A model generated the notes under the pieces. That model ran no database searches. It worked only from the letters and a program-made list of their open reading frames with translations, and was not told the origin of the DNA. A program made the position numbers and the translations under genes. From a virus (lineage: Duplodnaviria; Caudoviricetes), in the IMG/VR virus record IMGVR_UViG_3300034197_000041, positions 1-45,960 of that record: DNA of 45,960 nucleotides; one strand, given 5' to 3'. This document shows, in pieces, positions 1 to 9,378 of this stretch (positions are counted from its first letter, which is position 1; the number at the start of each line of letters is the position of its first letter).

Positions 1-99
1 GGGCGGGCGGGGACTCGCCGAGCGGGGCCGGGGGCGCCTCCGGGGCGCGGGGCAGCGACGGGGCGGGCGGGGACTCGCCGAGCGGGGCCGGGGGCGCCT
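1..99. repeat. 60-bp tandem repeat at contig start (encodes 20-aa unit PAPLGESPPAPSLPRAPEAP on minus strand)
   Basis: Positions 1-39 recur at 61-99. Positions 30-89 are identical to the last 60 nt of the window (45901-45960). Confidence 0.95.
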
Positions 100-151
100 T
101 GGGCTCAGGCACCGGCGCCCGGGCGGGGTCCTTCTTCTTGGGGTCGCTCAT
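1..151 (-). CDS. Pro-rich repeat protein, 5' part (MSDPKKKDPARAPVPEPKAP...), continuing across the contig junction
   Basis: ATG at 151 with GAGGGAG RBS just after the capsid stop. The frame is open to position 1 and resumes in the same repeat frame at the right end. Confidence 0.75.
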   Translation of the reverse strand, partial: MSDPKKKDPARAPVPEPKAPPAPLGESPPAPSLPRAPEAPPAPLGESPPA

Positions 152-162
152 GGGCTCCCTCG

Positions 163-1254
163 TCAGCTAAACGTCGGCGGCACATAGTTGCCCGACGCGG
201 CCACCGAGATCAGCGTGGCGGCGGTGCGGTCATTCGTGCCGATGCCAAGCGATTGGCGAAGCACGGCATTTGACAAAGGGTAGAGGTCGCGGTAGCGCAA
301 CGTCGCCGCCCGCCCGCGCAGCCGGTCGTAGCGCCACGCCAGCGGGTTCTGCGGGCTCAGGGCGCCGTAGCTCTTGAAGAGTCCGACGTTGGCCGAGCTG
401 AAATCGTCGATCTCCGCATGGACGCGGATGTCGCCGAAGAGCACGCCGAGATACGTGGTTGCATCCACCGTCGCCTCGCTGGCCCCGCTGCCCTGACGGA
501 TCAGGGCCGAGCCGGCGCTCACGAAGCCATCCTGGGGGTTCGTGGCCGAGATCGCGCTGATCGCCGAGATCTGGGCACTGGGGGCGACCAAATCGAAGGG
601 GCCTTTATGCCACTTCCTCAGCCGGTTGCGGGCCAGCTTGATCGTCGCGCCCAGATCGGCGGCGGCGGTGCGGTAGTAGTGGCTGTAGGGGCTGGGGAGC
701 GGCGTGCCATCGGGGTAGCTGGTGCGGGCGAACACGTTGTCGCCCGTGCCGCTCCCGGCGAAGCCAGGGCTGGTAACGGTCGTCCGAAGCGCGACGCGCA
801 CCTCGAGGTCGCTGAAGAGGCGCGCGAGGGCCAGCCGGCGGTACAGCCGGCGGTAGCCCAGGAACATCGACTCGACATTGGCGATGATCAGGTCCATCGG
901 CATCGACTCGAGGCCATCCTCGGTGAAGCCGACCGACACGTCGTAGTCGCGAATGGGGAGCATGTGCGCCCCGCCCTCCACGAGCTGCGGGCGGGCCAGC
1001 GTGTACTCGCCGCGCTCGTCAACCTGGAAGGCCGTGGGGGCGCTGGTGGCCGCGTACTCCTCCATGGTCGGGGTGATCAGCATGGCCACGAGGGGATCAA
1101 GCCCCCCGTTCAGCGCGGCGATGCGCGCGTTGATCTCGCGCAGCAGCTGCGCCATATCCACGCCCGCGCGGGTGCGCAGGCCCTGAATATAGGCGGGGTC
1201 GGCCCCCTGGGGGTAGTCGATATAGGTCGTGCCGTCAATGATGCCCATCGGCAT
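163..1254 (-). CDS. Major capsid protein (probable HK97 fold)
   Basis: 363 aa, last gene of the portal-scaffold-decoration series, AGGAGAA RBS. Assigned from size and position. Confidence 0.75.
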   Translation of the reverse strand: MPMGIIDGTTYIDYPQGADPAYIQGLRTRAGVDMAQLLREINARIAALNGGLDPLVAMLITPTMEEYAATSAPTAFQVDERGEYTLARPQLVEGGAHMLPIRDYDVSVGFTEDGLESMPMDLIIANVESMFLGYRRLYRRLALARLFSDLEVRVALRTTVTSPGFAGSGTGDNVFARTSYPDGTPLPSPYSHYYRTAAADLGATIKLARNRLRKWHKGPFDLVAPSAQISAISAISATNPQDGFVSAGSALIRQGSGASEATVDATTYLGVLFGDIRVHAEIDDFSSANVGLFKSYGALSPQNPLAWRYDRLRGRAATLRYRDLYPLSNAVLRQSLGIGTNDRTAATLISVAASGNYVPPTFS

Positions 1255-1296
1255 AGCGGTACTTCTCCTGATGTGCGCGGGCGCGGCCGGCGCGAG

Positions 1297-1701
1297 CTAG
1301 ACGAACAGGTAGCGAATGCGGGTCGCGGTCGCGGCGCGGATCTGCGGCTGTACGGGCACGGCGACGGCGGGCGTGGTCGCGACGCCGTACCAGCTGGCGG
1401 CGGTGGTGTCGAGGCCGCCGGCGACGCTCGCCGATGGGTACAGGGGGTCGCCCGGCGTCAGGCCGCTGAAGCCATCCATCTCGCCATGCAGGCCAATCGA
1501 GCACCCGCCCTGGCCGGCGTAGGCATCCTGCAACGCGATGCCGTGCGCGAGCAGCGTGCCCGCCGCCGCCACGCTCCACCCGCCCGCCCCGTTGGTCAGC
1601 AGGTCGCCCGCGACCCACGCGGTCGCGGCCACGCCCTTGTCCACGACCTCGTAGCCCGCCGGCGTGACCGGCCTGGCCTTCACTCTGGTAACGGCACTCA
1701 T
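1297..1701 (-). CDS. Capsid decoration/cement protein
   Basis: 134 aa Gly/Ala-rich beta-type protein (GDLL...HGIAL...GLTPGDPLY) between scaffold and capsid. Confidence 0.65.
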   Translation of the reverse strand: MSAVTRVKARPVTPAGYEVVDKGVAATAWVAGDLLTNGAGGWSVAAAGTLLAHGIALQDAYAGQGGCSIGLHGEMDGFSGLTPGDPLYPSASVAGGLDTTAASWYGVATTPAVAVPVQPQIRAATATRIRYLFV

Positions 1702-1720
1702 GTGCTACTCCTACTGCGGC

Positions 1721-2374
1721 CTACCAGGCCACATCTTTTTCGTTGACGAATCGGTACGCTGGCTTCCCCTGCGTCCCCTGCCCCTGCCCTGCCGGCGCGG
1801 CCGGGGGCGGCGTGCCGTTGCCCGCGCCGGCCTCAGTCGCGGGGGCCTTGGGCAGGCTGGCCAGCTTCTTGGCGAGCGGGCGCATCTTCTCCAGCCAGTC
1901 GAGCCGGGCCTCGACGTTCGCCGCGCCGGGGTCGGTGCCCCTGACCTCCTCAGGCCAGTCGGCGATCTCCCCGTCGGCGAGCGCGTTCAGGCGCTTGGCG
2001 TAGGCCGTGGCGGCCTGGGCCTGGGCCTTCGTCGACTCGAGCTCGGCGCCGCGCTGATCGGCCAGCGTCTTCCACTCGGCGTTGTCGGCGAGGGCCTTCT
2101 CTTCCGCGGCCTTCTTCTCGGCGGCGCTCTTGGCGTCGGCGCGGCGCTGCGAGTCGGCGAGGCGCTCCTTGACGATGCGGTCAAGGTCAGCCTGGGTAAA
2201 GGTCTTGTCGGTCTTAGGGGGGTCGTCCCCGCTTGAGGATGCGGGTACCTTGCCCGGATCGCCAGCGCCAGCGTTACCAGATCCCGGGTCGCTCCCGGTG
2301 GGCGGTGGTGTCGCGGTGCCCCCGCCGCCAGCGTCAGAGCTGTAGCGGTGAGGGCCGATGAAGCCACGAAGCAT
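1721..2374 (-). CDS. Capsid scaffolding protein
   Basis: FTQADLDRIVKERLA motif typical of phage scaffolds, coiled-coil middle and low-complexity ends. ATG at 2374 has an AAAGGAAG RBS. Confidence 0.8.
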   Translation of the reverse strand: MLRGFIGPHRYSSDAGGGGTATPPPTGSDPGSGNAGAGDPGKVPASSSGDDPPKTDKTFTQADLDRIVKERLADSQRRADAKSAAEKKAAEEKALADNAEWKTLADQRGAELESTKAQAQAATAYAKRLNALADGEIADWPEEVRGTDPGAANVEARLDWLEKMRPLAKKLASLPKAPATEAGAGNGTPPPAAPAGQGQGTQGKPAYRFVNEKDVAW

Positions 2375-2408
2375 GCGAACTTCCTTTCTAGGATAGCACG
2401 GGTGTCTA

Positions 2409-2777
2409 TCAGGGCTGCGACGGCGGTAGCAGGGCCTCCGTGAAGGCGGCGATCTGCCTATGGACATCGTGGTAGGCGCCCACGCTGGTAGGCGCCCGGC
2501 CATAGAAGGCCGCCCCACTGCCGTGGGGCGGTTCACTGGTGATCATCACCGTCCAGAAGACGCGCGGGCGCCTAGAGGCGTGGATCGCCTCTTCTTGCGC
2601 CTTGCGCGCCAGCTGCTCATCGCGAAAGGGCGTTAGCTCCGGCAGAGTGTTGAGCAGATCAGGATCTGGCTCATTGAGGGCGATCCGCCCCACTTCAAAG
2701 CGGAAGGGGGTCGGTAGTGCGCAGAGCACGGCGAACACCTCGGCGTCGGTCATCGTGCGAACGTCGCGAACCGTCAT
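2409..2777 (-). CDS. Hypothetical protein between portal and scaffold
   Basis: 122 aa, ATGA overlap with the portal stop, lower GC. Confidence 0.6.
   Translation of the reverse strand: MTVRDVRTMTDAEVFAVLCALPTPFRFEVGRIALNEPDPDLLNTLPELTPFRDEQLARKAQEEAIHASRRPRVFWTVMITSEPPHGSGAAFYGRAPTSVGAYHDVHRQIAAFTEALLPPSQP
2415..2432. repeat. Dispersed 18-bp palindrome, copy 1
   Basis: CTGCGAC GGCG GTAGCAG. Confidence 0.85.
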
Positions 2778-4180
2778 CCATTACCTCCATTCGTGGCGAT
2801 GAGGGGCACCGCGATCGCGGCGCTCGCCTCCTCTTTGAGCTCGGCCAGGATGCGCTCGATCTCCGCTGGCGAGCGGCCCAGCGTGCGCAGCGTCTCGCGC
2901 CGCGAGACGAAGGGCGCCTCTGCGGTGGCGACGGTCGCCCTGGTCAGCGGGTCGCGCCGCTCGGCGGGGGCGAAGACGCTGGTGATCAGCAGCGTCGGGT
3001 CCAGCTGATAGCCGCCGAAGCAGTTGAGCAGCAGCGTGGCCTTGTGCGCGATGCTGGACCACGACGGGCCGATGACGCGGATCAGCGCCTCGCAGCGGTC
3101 GGTAAGCGGGCGCTCGGCGCGCAGCAACGCCTCGCCGCTCGGCCACTGGCCGCTGATGAGGTGCTGGGGCACCGCGGTCTGGCGCGAGACGGCCTGCAGC
3201 TTGATCGTGAGCGTGCGCTCGAGCTCGGAGAGCGACCCCGCCGGGAACGTGCCGAAGGCGGCGTCGGGGTTCTCGTCGCGGAAGAAGGCGCCGGGCTCGA
3301 CGATGAGCGGCACCTCGTTCCCCTCGGCGTCCCGCTGCGGCGTGATCCCCGTGCCCCAGAGCATCTGGTAGCCGGCGAAGCGCGCGGCGGCGCTGATGTC
3401 GCGCTGCACATCGTTGATCTCATCCTGCAACCCCAGCACGCCGCCGTCGAGGATGCTCACGCCGTAAGCCGGCGCCGGGTCATCGGCCTGGTCGCCGTCG
3501 CTGGGGCGCTCGCGGCAGGCGAGGTGGACGACGGGGATACCGAGCGGGGCGCCCGCGCGGTCCAGCCAGGGCACGGGCCACACATCGCCATCTTCAGGGA
3601 GGCGGTAGGGCCGCCAGCCGTCGCCCTGGGCCAGGTAGCGCTCGATCCGGTCGGCGTACCAGATGGTGCGCCGGAGCCCTTCCGGGGCCTCCCAGTCCTT
3701 CACGGCGTAGCGCGGGCGCTCGCCGTCGTCGTAGGCCACGAACAGGCCGCTCTTGCCGTTCCACCAGCGCTCGCGGGCCAGCCGGACGCGCCCGCCCTCC
3801 CAGCCCAGCGCGATCGCGTGGTTGCCGTCGCGCAGCGTGGCGTAGTGGGCGGCGCCGGCCAGCGCCGGGATCTGCGCCGTGGTCCAGAGCTCGCGCAGCG
3901 CCGTCTCGACGGCGGCGGCCGCCGTCGCCGAGGCGCGGTCGCCCTCGACGGCGAAGCGCGCCAGCTGGAGGCGCGCCGCGACCTGGTCCAGGACCATCGC
4001 GCAGACATTATCGGCGAAGCGGTGCGCCAGGAGCCCTCGAAGAATGTGCGCCTGCCCGGCGGTGAGCGTCCCCCGCTGCTTCCCTCTCGCGTAGGCCCTG
4101 AACGTGCGCACGAGCGCCGCGTCGGGCTGCGCCGCCTTGCGCTCGGCCTCGATCCGGCTGTGGGTGCTGAGGTCACTCAT
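2774..4180 (-). CDS. Portal protein (SPP1 gp6-like)
   Basis: 468 aa directly after the terminase. DNVCAMVLD, IPVVHL, LQDEIN and SGEAL motifs resemble SPP1-type portals. Confidence 0.85.
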   Translation of the reverse strand: MSDLSTHSRIEAERKAAQPDAALVRTFRAYARGKQRGTLTAGQAHILRGLLAHRFADNVCAMVLDQVAARLQLARFAVEGDRASATAAAAVETALRELWTTAQIPALAGAAHYATLRDGNHAIALGWEGGRVRLARERWWNGKSGLFVAYDDGERPRYAVKDWEAPEGLRRTIWYADRIERYLAQGDGWRPYRLPEDGDVWPVPWLDRAGAPLGIPVVHLACRERPSDGDQADDPAPAYGVSILDGGVLGLQDEINDVQRDISAAARFAGYQMLWGTGITPQRDAEGNEVPLIVEPGAFFRDENPDAAFGTFPAGSLSELERTLTIKLQAVSRQTAVPQHLISGQWPSGEALLRAERPLTDRCEALIRVIGPSWSSIAHKATLLLNCFGGYQLDPTLLITSVFAPAERRDPLTRATVATAEAPFVSRRETLRTLGRSPAEIERILAELKEEASAAIAVPLIATNGGNG

Positions 4181-5876
4181 GGGCGTCTCGTAGGTAGTTG
4201 GCCTGACGCGTGGGCGCCCGGCGGAAGAGGTGATCGGGCGCCACGGCGAGCGCCAAGCCGTCGCCGTCGTCAGGGCTGCGGCCGTCGTGGCGCTTCTTAA
4301 ACACCTTCTTGGCCTCGAGCTGCTTCACGTCGTAGCCGCCCACCTTGACCCAGTCCCAGGTGCGCTCGCACAGGTCGGCCTCGAGCGCGTCGGGGGGCCG
4401 CTCGAGGGCCAGGGCCTTGAGACTCTCGGCGGCGTGCCAGTACATTTCGGTGCCTAGATCGGCGAACGCCTTCGGGTCGTGGGGGACCCCGTTGTTGTTG
4501 ACCTCGAGCACCTGGTAGTCGAGGAAGGCCCGCGTGAGGTCCTGGTCGCGCCGGAGCTGATCCACGATGCCGCCGCCGTAGCCGCCGCCGCCGTCCACCC
4601 GGATGTGCAGCGAGCTTACGCGCCGGGCCTTGAGCGCGAGCGCCTCACGCTTGACCGTCTGGGCGTAGACCACGGTGTCGAGCTGGGCCAGCCGCGCCGC
4701 CCGGTAGGCCCGCCCGCTGTGGCGCACCCAGACCGCGCCCGCGTCGTCGCCCCACCTGGCCACGTCGACCCCGATGCGGGCCTGGTGCGCGGCCTCAGGC
4801 GCGGGGGCGCGCCGCTTCGCCGCCTCGTAGCGCCCGACGGGGCAGAAGACATTCACAGCGGTGTTGCTCGGCGCGATACCCAGCACGCGGAAGAGGAACT
4901 CGGCGTCGGGCTGGTAGATGATACCGGGGCGCCAGGGCAGCTCGAACGTGTGCTGATCGGGGTCGTGCTGGGCCACCACCTCGCAGTGCCGCGTCTCGCC
5001 GTTGTCGATCATCGACTCGACGTAGTCGCGCATCACGGCGCCCGGCACGATCTCGCGGCCCGCCAGCACATTGGGGTGGGCCAGGCAGGAGATCCGAAAG
5101 TTGACCACATCCACGGCCCCGGCCGCCTTGTGGAACCGGCTGGTGCGCGTGCGCGGGTTGGCCAGCATCACCACGATCGCGATGCCGCCAGAGATCATCG
5201 TGCGGATCGCGTTGAAGACGAAGTCCTCAACGCCCTCGGCCTCGTCGACCACGAAGAGCAGGTAGGGCGCGTGCTGGCCCTGCACGCGCTCCGACCCCTG
5301 GCCGTGCGCGTTGTTGGTGGCGCGCCCCTTCACGAAGTGATCGCCGCTCGTGCTCTTCAGCTCCGGCGTTTCGAGGACGCGCCCCGGGAGCCCGCGCGCG
5401 CGGCGCTGGCTGCGGATCTCCTTGAAGAGCAGATCGTTGATCTGCTCGTAGCCGGGGGCGAAGCAGTAGCCGATCGACTCGTCGAAGCAGTCGAAGAAGT
5501 GGCTCACGATGCCCGCCGCGACCATCGTCTTGCCGACGGTGTGGCCCGCTTCCACGCGCACGGTGCGCCGGATCGTCTCGCCGGGCTGCCAGCAGGTGAG
5601 CTCGTGCGCGGCGAGCCGCTCGGACTCGTAGTCGCGCCGCTCGTGCTGCTGGCGCAGCGCCAGCGCGTAGGCGTCGAGGATCTCGGCCTGGCCGGGGGCG
5701 CCAGGCGTGCCGCGCCATGGCTGCCACCCCAGCTGCTCCGTGATGTAGCGCTCTGGCTCAAAGCGGTAGGCGTCGAAGCGACCCGTAAGCTCGCCGGCCT
5801 CCCGGCGCCGGTGGAGCTCGAGCGCCGCCCGGGCGCGCAGCTGCAGCAGGCTACTGCTGGCTGAGTAGGACAGCAT
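4173..5876 (-). CDS. terL: Terminase large subunit
   Basis: Walker A GHTVGKT, Walker B FVVDEAEG, LANP motif, RNase H-like nuclease motifs IGVDVARWGDD and SPDDGDGLA. Confidence 0.93.
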   Translation of the reverse strand: MLSYSASSSLLQLRARAALELHRRREAGELTGRFDAYRFEPERYITEQLGWQPWRGTPGAPGQAEILDAYALALRQQHERRDYESERLAAHELTCWQPGETIRRTVRVEAGHTVGKTMVAAGIVSHFFDCFDESIGYCFAPGYEQINDLLFKEIRSQRRARGLPGRVLETPELKSTSGDHFVKGRATNNAHGQGSERVQGQHAPYLLFVVDEAEGVEDFVFNAIRTMISGGIAIVVMLANPRTRTSRFHKAAGAVDVVNFRISCLAHPNVLAGREIVPGAVMRDYVESMIDNGETRHCEVVAQHDPDQHTFELPWRPGIIYQPDAEFLFRVLGIAPSNTAVNVFCPVGRYEAAKRRAPAPEAAHQARIGVDVARWGDDAGAVWVRHSGRAYRAARLAQLDTVVYAQTVKREALALKARRVSSLHIRVDGGGGYGGGIVDQLRRDQDLTRAFLDYQVLEVNNNGVPHDPKAFADLGTEMYWHAAESLKALALERPPDALEADLCERTWDWVKVGGYDVKQLEAKKVFKKRHDGRSPDDGDGLALAVAPDHLFRRAPTRQANYLRDAHE

Positions 5877-6594
5877 AGGGGTCCTCCCCAGCCGACAGCC
5901 GCTCGAGCTGATCGGGCGTCAATTTCGCGACGTCGAGGTACTTCATAATGCCGCCGGCGGGGTCGTCGCCCCAGAGCTTGCGGTGCTTTCCTAGCAGTTC
6001 GAGTGCATCTTTTGCACTGTAGAGCTCAATAGACTCCTTGCCGTCCTTATCGACGGTGTACTTCTTCACGACGCCGAGTTTGCCTCGCTGCCCAGCCTCC
6101 AGGAGGTCAAGGCGGGCAACGGCGCGCTTCACCGTCGCGGTGCGGAGGATGCGATCAGTGGGCTGCACGGCATCCTGAGTGGCCAACTTCACCACCAGGC
6201 CGCCAATGTCCACTTCGCCACTCTCCGGGTCAAGCGGCGCGCTGATCAGCGACCAGGTGAGGGTGACATCCTCTTCGTCCACCCTGAGGTAATTGCTCAT
6301 GTCGCCGCGGGCCTGAGTGCTGAGCCGGGTCAGAATCTCATTGGCCGGCATGACCTGCAGGTCCATACCGGCCTCAATAGCCGCTGAGATCTTCGGATTT
6401 CTTCGGAGTTCTGAGGCCTGTTGATCGGCGCTTTTCGCCGAAAACCCGGCGCGAATCGCCGCGTTTCGCTGATGGAGGTCGCGCAAATACTCAGAGACGA
6501 ACTTGCGGTGGCGGGGGCGCAGTTCGGCCAGCGCCGCCTCGTAGCGCTCCTGTAGAGTGAGCGGGGGAGTGGGTTGTGGGGTGGGATCGCTCAT
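5851..6594 (-). CDS. terS: Terminase small subunit
   Basis: RKFVSEYL...NAAIRAGFSAKSA...ASELRRNPKI N-terminal motif and ALELLGKH C-terminal motif. Confidence 0.9.
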   Translation of the reverse strand: MSDPTPQPTPPLTLQERYEAALAELRPRHRKFVSEYLRDLHQRNAAIRAGFSAKSADQQASELRRNPKISAAIEAGMDLQVMPANEILTRLSTQARGDMSNYLRVDEEDVTLTWSLISAPLDPESGEVDIGGLVVKLATQDAVQPTDRILRTATVKRAVARLDLLEAGQRGKLGVVKKYTVDKDGKESIELYSAKDALELLGKHRKLWGDDPAGGIMKYLDVAKLTPDQLERLSAGEDPYAVLLSQQ

Positions 6595-6628
6595 AGTGAG
6601 TCCTCAAAACCGAACATTTCCGAAGATT

Positions 6629-6985
6629 TCAGGACGAACTCGACGGGTCACGCTCCCCCACGGCGCGCTCGAGCTGCGCCACGGCGCCGCGCAGCTCGGC
6701 GATCGCGGCGTGCATCGCGGCCAGGCGCTGGCCGTGCGACTCCAGCTGCTCCCACATCAGGGGCACGTAGCCCAGGGCGACCGTGAAGGCGTCGATCTGG
6801 GCCAGGCGGAAGGTGTCGAGCGCCGCCTCGTAGATCGCCTGCGCGGCCACGGCGTCGCCGCCAGCGGACAGCGCAGCGCCGCGGGCCTGCTCGGCGTCGG
6901 CGATGGCCTGCCAGGCGTCGCGCAGGCGGTCGGCGACGGCCTCGCTGCCGGCGGCGCGGGCTTGGGCGCGGGCGTCACTCGCCAT
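6629..6985 (-). CDS. Hypothetical coiled-coil protein
   Basis: 118 aa, GGAGG RBS, in operon between lysin and terS. Confidence 0.6.
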   Translation of the reverse strand: MASDARAQARAAGSEAVADRLRDAWQAIADAEQARGAALSAGGDAVAAQAIYEAALDTFRLAQIDAFTVALGYVPLMWEQLESHGQRLAAMHAAIAELRGAVAQLERAVGERDPSSSS

Positions 6986-7190
6986 GCCAGCCCTCCGGGA
7001 TCGGCGGCTCGCGTCGCTCGAGGGCGGCCACGCGGCGGCGCAGCGCGTCGAGCTCGACGTAGAGCCGGCTCAGCTCCTGCTCGAGCAGCGCCAGGTCGCC
7101 GCACAGGGCCAGATGCAGGCGGGCGGCGAGATCCATCGGCTCGGGCGGCGGCTCGGGGGCGAGGCCGTAGGGCGTGCGGATCGGCTGCAT
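6975..7190 (-). CDS. Hypothetical coiled-coil protein
   Basis: 71 aa, overlaps both neighbours. Confidence 0.6.
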   Translation of the reverse strand: MQPIRTPYGLAPEPPPEPMDLAARLHLALCGDLALLEQELSRLYVELDALRRRVAALERREPPIPEGWHGE

Positions 7191-7435
7191 CAGATTCCCC
7201 AGGTGATCGCGGCGGCCACGAGGCCCCCGGCGATCAGGATGGCGGCGGCCAGGCCCCAGAGCGCCGCCACAAGGGCGGAGAGGCGGCGGTCGTCGAGCGC
7301 GGCCACGCTCTGGGTCAGGGAGAGCACGGCGCGCTCGATCGCGCTGTGCTTGGTCGCGGCGGTGTCCTGCTGCCCCTTGATGTCGCGCAGCAGGCCGATC
7401 ACCTCGGTCGCGAGGGCGTCATCGCTCAGGGTCAT
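7190..7435 (-). CDS. Small membrane protein, possible holin/lysis accessory
   Basis: ATG at 7435 with GGAGG RBS. Coiled coil plus C-terminal hydrophobic helix LVAALWGLAAAILIAGGLVAAAITWGI, downstream of the endolysin. Confidence 0.55.
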   Translation of the reverse strand: MTLSDDALATEVIGLLRDIKGQQDTAATKHSAIERAVLSLTQSVAALDDRRLSALVAALWGLAAAILIAGGLVAAAITWGI

Positions 7436-7781
7436 GCGGCGGCCCTCCCAGGTAGATGTGGTAGATGCTGCCGCTGGCAACCTCGCCGATCTGGATGTCG
7501 CCCGTCTGCGCCCCGTTGAGCGCGACGGCGGCCACCTGCGCGGCCAGCGAGAGGTCGCGGGTGATCGCCTGGCCCGCCGTGTTGGCGGTGATCTGGCCCT
7601 GGGCCAGCTGCGCGATCAGGGCGGGCAGCGGCTCCAATCTCCCGGCGGCGTCGGCCCGGTCGAGGTGGCGCAGCGACCGGGCGGTGAGGGCGACCTCGAC
7701 CGACAGAAACTTGTTGGTCGGGTCGAGGCGCAGGCGGGCGCGCATCTGGGCGAGCTGCCGGCGGGCGGCGTCGTGTGACAT
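7419..7781 (-). CDS. Hypothetical protein
   Basis: 120 aa after the endolysin, C-terminal GAQTGDIQIGEVASG motif. Confidence 0.6.
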   Translation of the reverse strand: MSHDAARRQLAQMRARLRLDPTNKFLSVEVALTARSLRHLDRADAAGRLEPLPALIAQLAQGQITANTAGQAITRDLSLAAQVAAVALNGAQTGDIQIGEVASGSIYHIYLGGPPHDPER

Positions 7782-7787
7782 GCACGG

Positions 7788-9215
7788 CTAGGCCCCCTGC
7801 CGGAGCGCGGCGACGCCCCGGCGCACGGCGGCCAGATCGACGGCCTTGCCGGGGCACGTCTTCGTCGTCTTCGGGTCGTCCCGGTGGCCGTTGAGCGTGG
7901 CGGTCGTCACGCCGCGCCAGCCGGCCCAGTCATGCAGCGCGGCCAGGGCGCCCAGCGCCAGCGCTGCCGTGCCCGCGTCCCAGCGCTGGCTATCGTAGGA
8001 GCCGATCACCTCGATCCCCCAGTGGGTCGCGTTGAAGGCCGCCGCGTGGATGCCCGGCTCGGAGAGCGGACACATTTGCCAGATGCCACTGTGATCGGGG
8101 TTGGGCGCGCCGCTCACCGCGAAGAGGTGCGGGCCGCGATCCCAGCCGTGCTCAGGGTCGTCGCGGTAGAACTTCGCCATGCTCAGGACGCTGGCTACGC
8201 CGCGCCACGTCGAGGCAAGCGGGCTGACGCTGTGGTGCAGGGTCACGCCGGTGGCCCACGGCGCCGTCTGGGCGTAGCCGTAGCAGGCCAGGTGGCGCCG
8301 GAACGCGCCGACGGTGCGCCACTGCCACACGTCCATCAGGAAGTCGTCGATCCGCTCGGGGTGGTGCGCGGCGGGCGCCACGGCGGGCGCGGGCGCGGCG
8401 CCGAGCGGCGGGCTGGCGTCGCCGAGGGCCTGGAGCGTGGCCGGGCTCAGCCGGTACTGCGCCGGCCCCTGGGCGGCCAGCGTGGGGCGGTCGTCGGCGC
8501 TGTCGAGGTGGTAGAGGCAGGCCACGGGGATCGGGAGCGCCGCCAGCACGTCGGCGTAGCGCGCGCCCCGCGCCGCGTCGGCGAGATCCTCGAAGAGCCC
8601 GAACTCGGTGAGCCAGATCGGCATGTCGCCGCTGACCAGGTCGCGCAGCGCGTGGAGGCCGCTCACCGCCTGCGTCACCGAGTAGGCGTGCAGGCCGAGC
8701 ACATCGCAGCGCCGGTAGGTGGGCGCGGCGATGGCGTCCCAGCGGCGCTGCCCGTCGGCGTGCTCGCCCAGGCGCACCAGGTGGTCGCGCTGGTGCGCCG
8801 GCGCGATCAGGTGGGCGTGGGGGAAGCGCCCGCGGATCGCCGTGATGCTCGCGGCCAAATGGGTCAGGTAGTCCCAGGCGTAGCCCTCATCGGTCGCCTC
8901 GAGCAGCGGCTCGTTGCCGATCTCGATGGCCGCGTCGGCCCGCGCCGACAGCCAGGGCGCGACCTCGTCACAGACCTGGTTGGCGTAGGGCATCGCGCGG
9001 GCGCCGCCGTTGTACGAGGGGTCGCCCCAGCTGGTGCGGACGATCAGGGTCTCGGCCATCGTCGCCGCCGCGCTGATGGCCGCCGGGGTCCAGCCGCCGT
9101 CGAGGCCCCACGCCGGCACGACCTTTAGCACGGTCGCCCGGGCGCGGGCGAGCTGCGCGTGCAGCCAGGCGAGGTCGGGGGCGTGGGTGAGGACCAGGCC
9201 AATCGCGGGGGCCAT
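7788..9215 (-). CDS. Endolysin: N-terminal clan GH-A-like glycoside hydrolase plus C-terminal Amidase_2 (N-acetylmuramoyl-L-alanine amidase)
   Basis: IEIGNEP and IWLTEFG (acid/base and nucleophile Glu), Pro/Ala linker, then VTLHHS, GPHLF, GIEVIG and GHRD...KTCPG zinc-amidase motifs. ATG at 9215 with CAGGAG RBS. Confidence 0.85.
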   Translation of the reverse strand: MAPAIGLVLTHAPDLAWLHAQLARARATVLKVVPAWGLDGGWTPAAISAAATMAETLIVRTSWGDPSYNGGARAMPYANQVCDEVAPWLSARADAAIEIGNEPLLEATDEGYAWDYLTHLAASITAIRGRFPHAHLIAPAHQRDHLVRLGEHADGQRRWDAIAAPTYRRCDVLGLHAYSVTQAVSGLHALRDLVSGDMPIWLTEFGLFEDLADAARGARYADVLAALPIPVACLYHLDSADDRPTLAAQGPAQYRLSPATLQALGDASPPLGAAPAPAVAPAAHHPERIDDFLMDVWQWRTVGAFRRHLACYGYAQTAPWATGVTLHHSVSPLASTWRGVASVLSMAKFYRDDPEHGWDRGPHLFAVSGAPNPDHSGIWQMCPLSEPGIHAAAFNATHWGIEVIGSYDSQRWDAGTAALALGALAALHDWAGWRGVTTATLNGHRDDPKTTKTCPGKAVDLAAVRRGVAALRQGA

Positions 9216-9300
9216 GCGGCGCTCCTGACGAGAGGCCAGGACGCGCGGTGCATAGGCAGGCTCAGAACGTTCGCTTCCCGCGCGTCCTGAGCCTGATCGG

Positions 9301-9309
9301 AGTATAGCA
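9301..9309 (-). promoter_or_regulatory. Extended -10 promoter (TGcTATACT) for the lysis/packaging operon
   Basis: TGn-TATACT about 85 nt upstream of the lysin ATG, just beyond a terminator. Confidence 0.55.
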
Positions 9310-9339
9310 CAGGGGGGCGAGCGGGGCGTACCAGGGCGC

Positions 9340-9377
9340 AAGAAGCCCCCTGCGACGGTGGTAGCAGGGGGCTTCTT
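9340..9377. terminator. Intrinsic terminator-like hairpin
   Basis: AAGAAGCCCCCTGC-10 nt-GCAGGGGGCTTCTT, perfect 14-bp inverted repeat. Confidence 0.8.
9350..9367. repeat. Dispersed 18-bp palindrome, copy 2
   Basis: CTGCGAC GGTG GTAGCAG, inside the terminator hairpin. Confidence 0.85.
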
Positions 9378-9378
9378 T

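Noticed and set aside
1-89. Physical direct terminal repeat of the virion DNA
   Set aside because: The overlap lies inside a coding tandem repeat, which points to an assembly break in a circular graph and not a packaging terminus.
418-9128. Long plus-strand ORFs (418-1746, 2717-4300, 4479-5864, 7884-9128)
   Set aside because: Antisense shadows of clear minus-strand phage genes, expected at this GC content, with no motifs.
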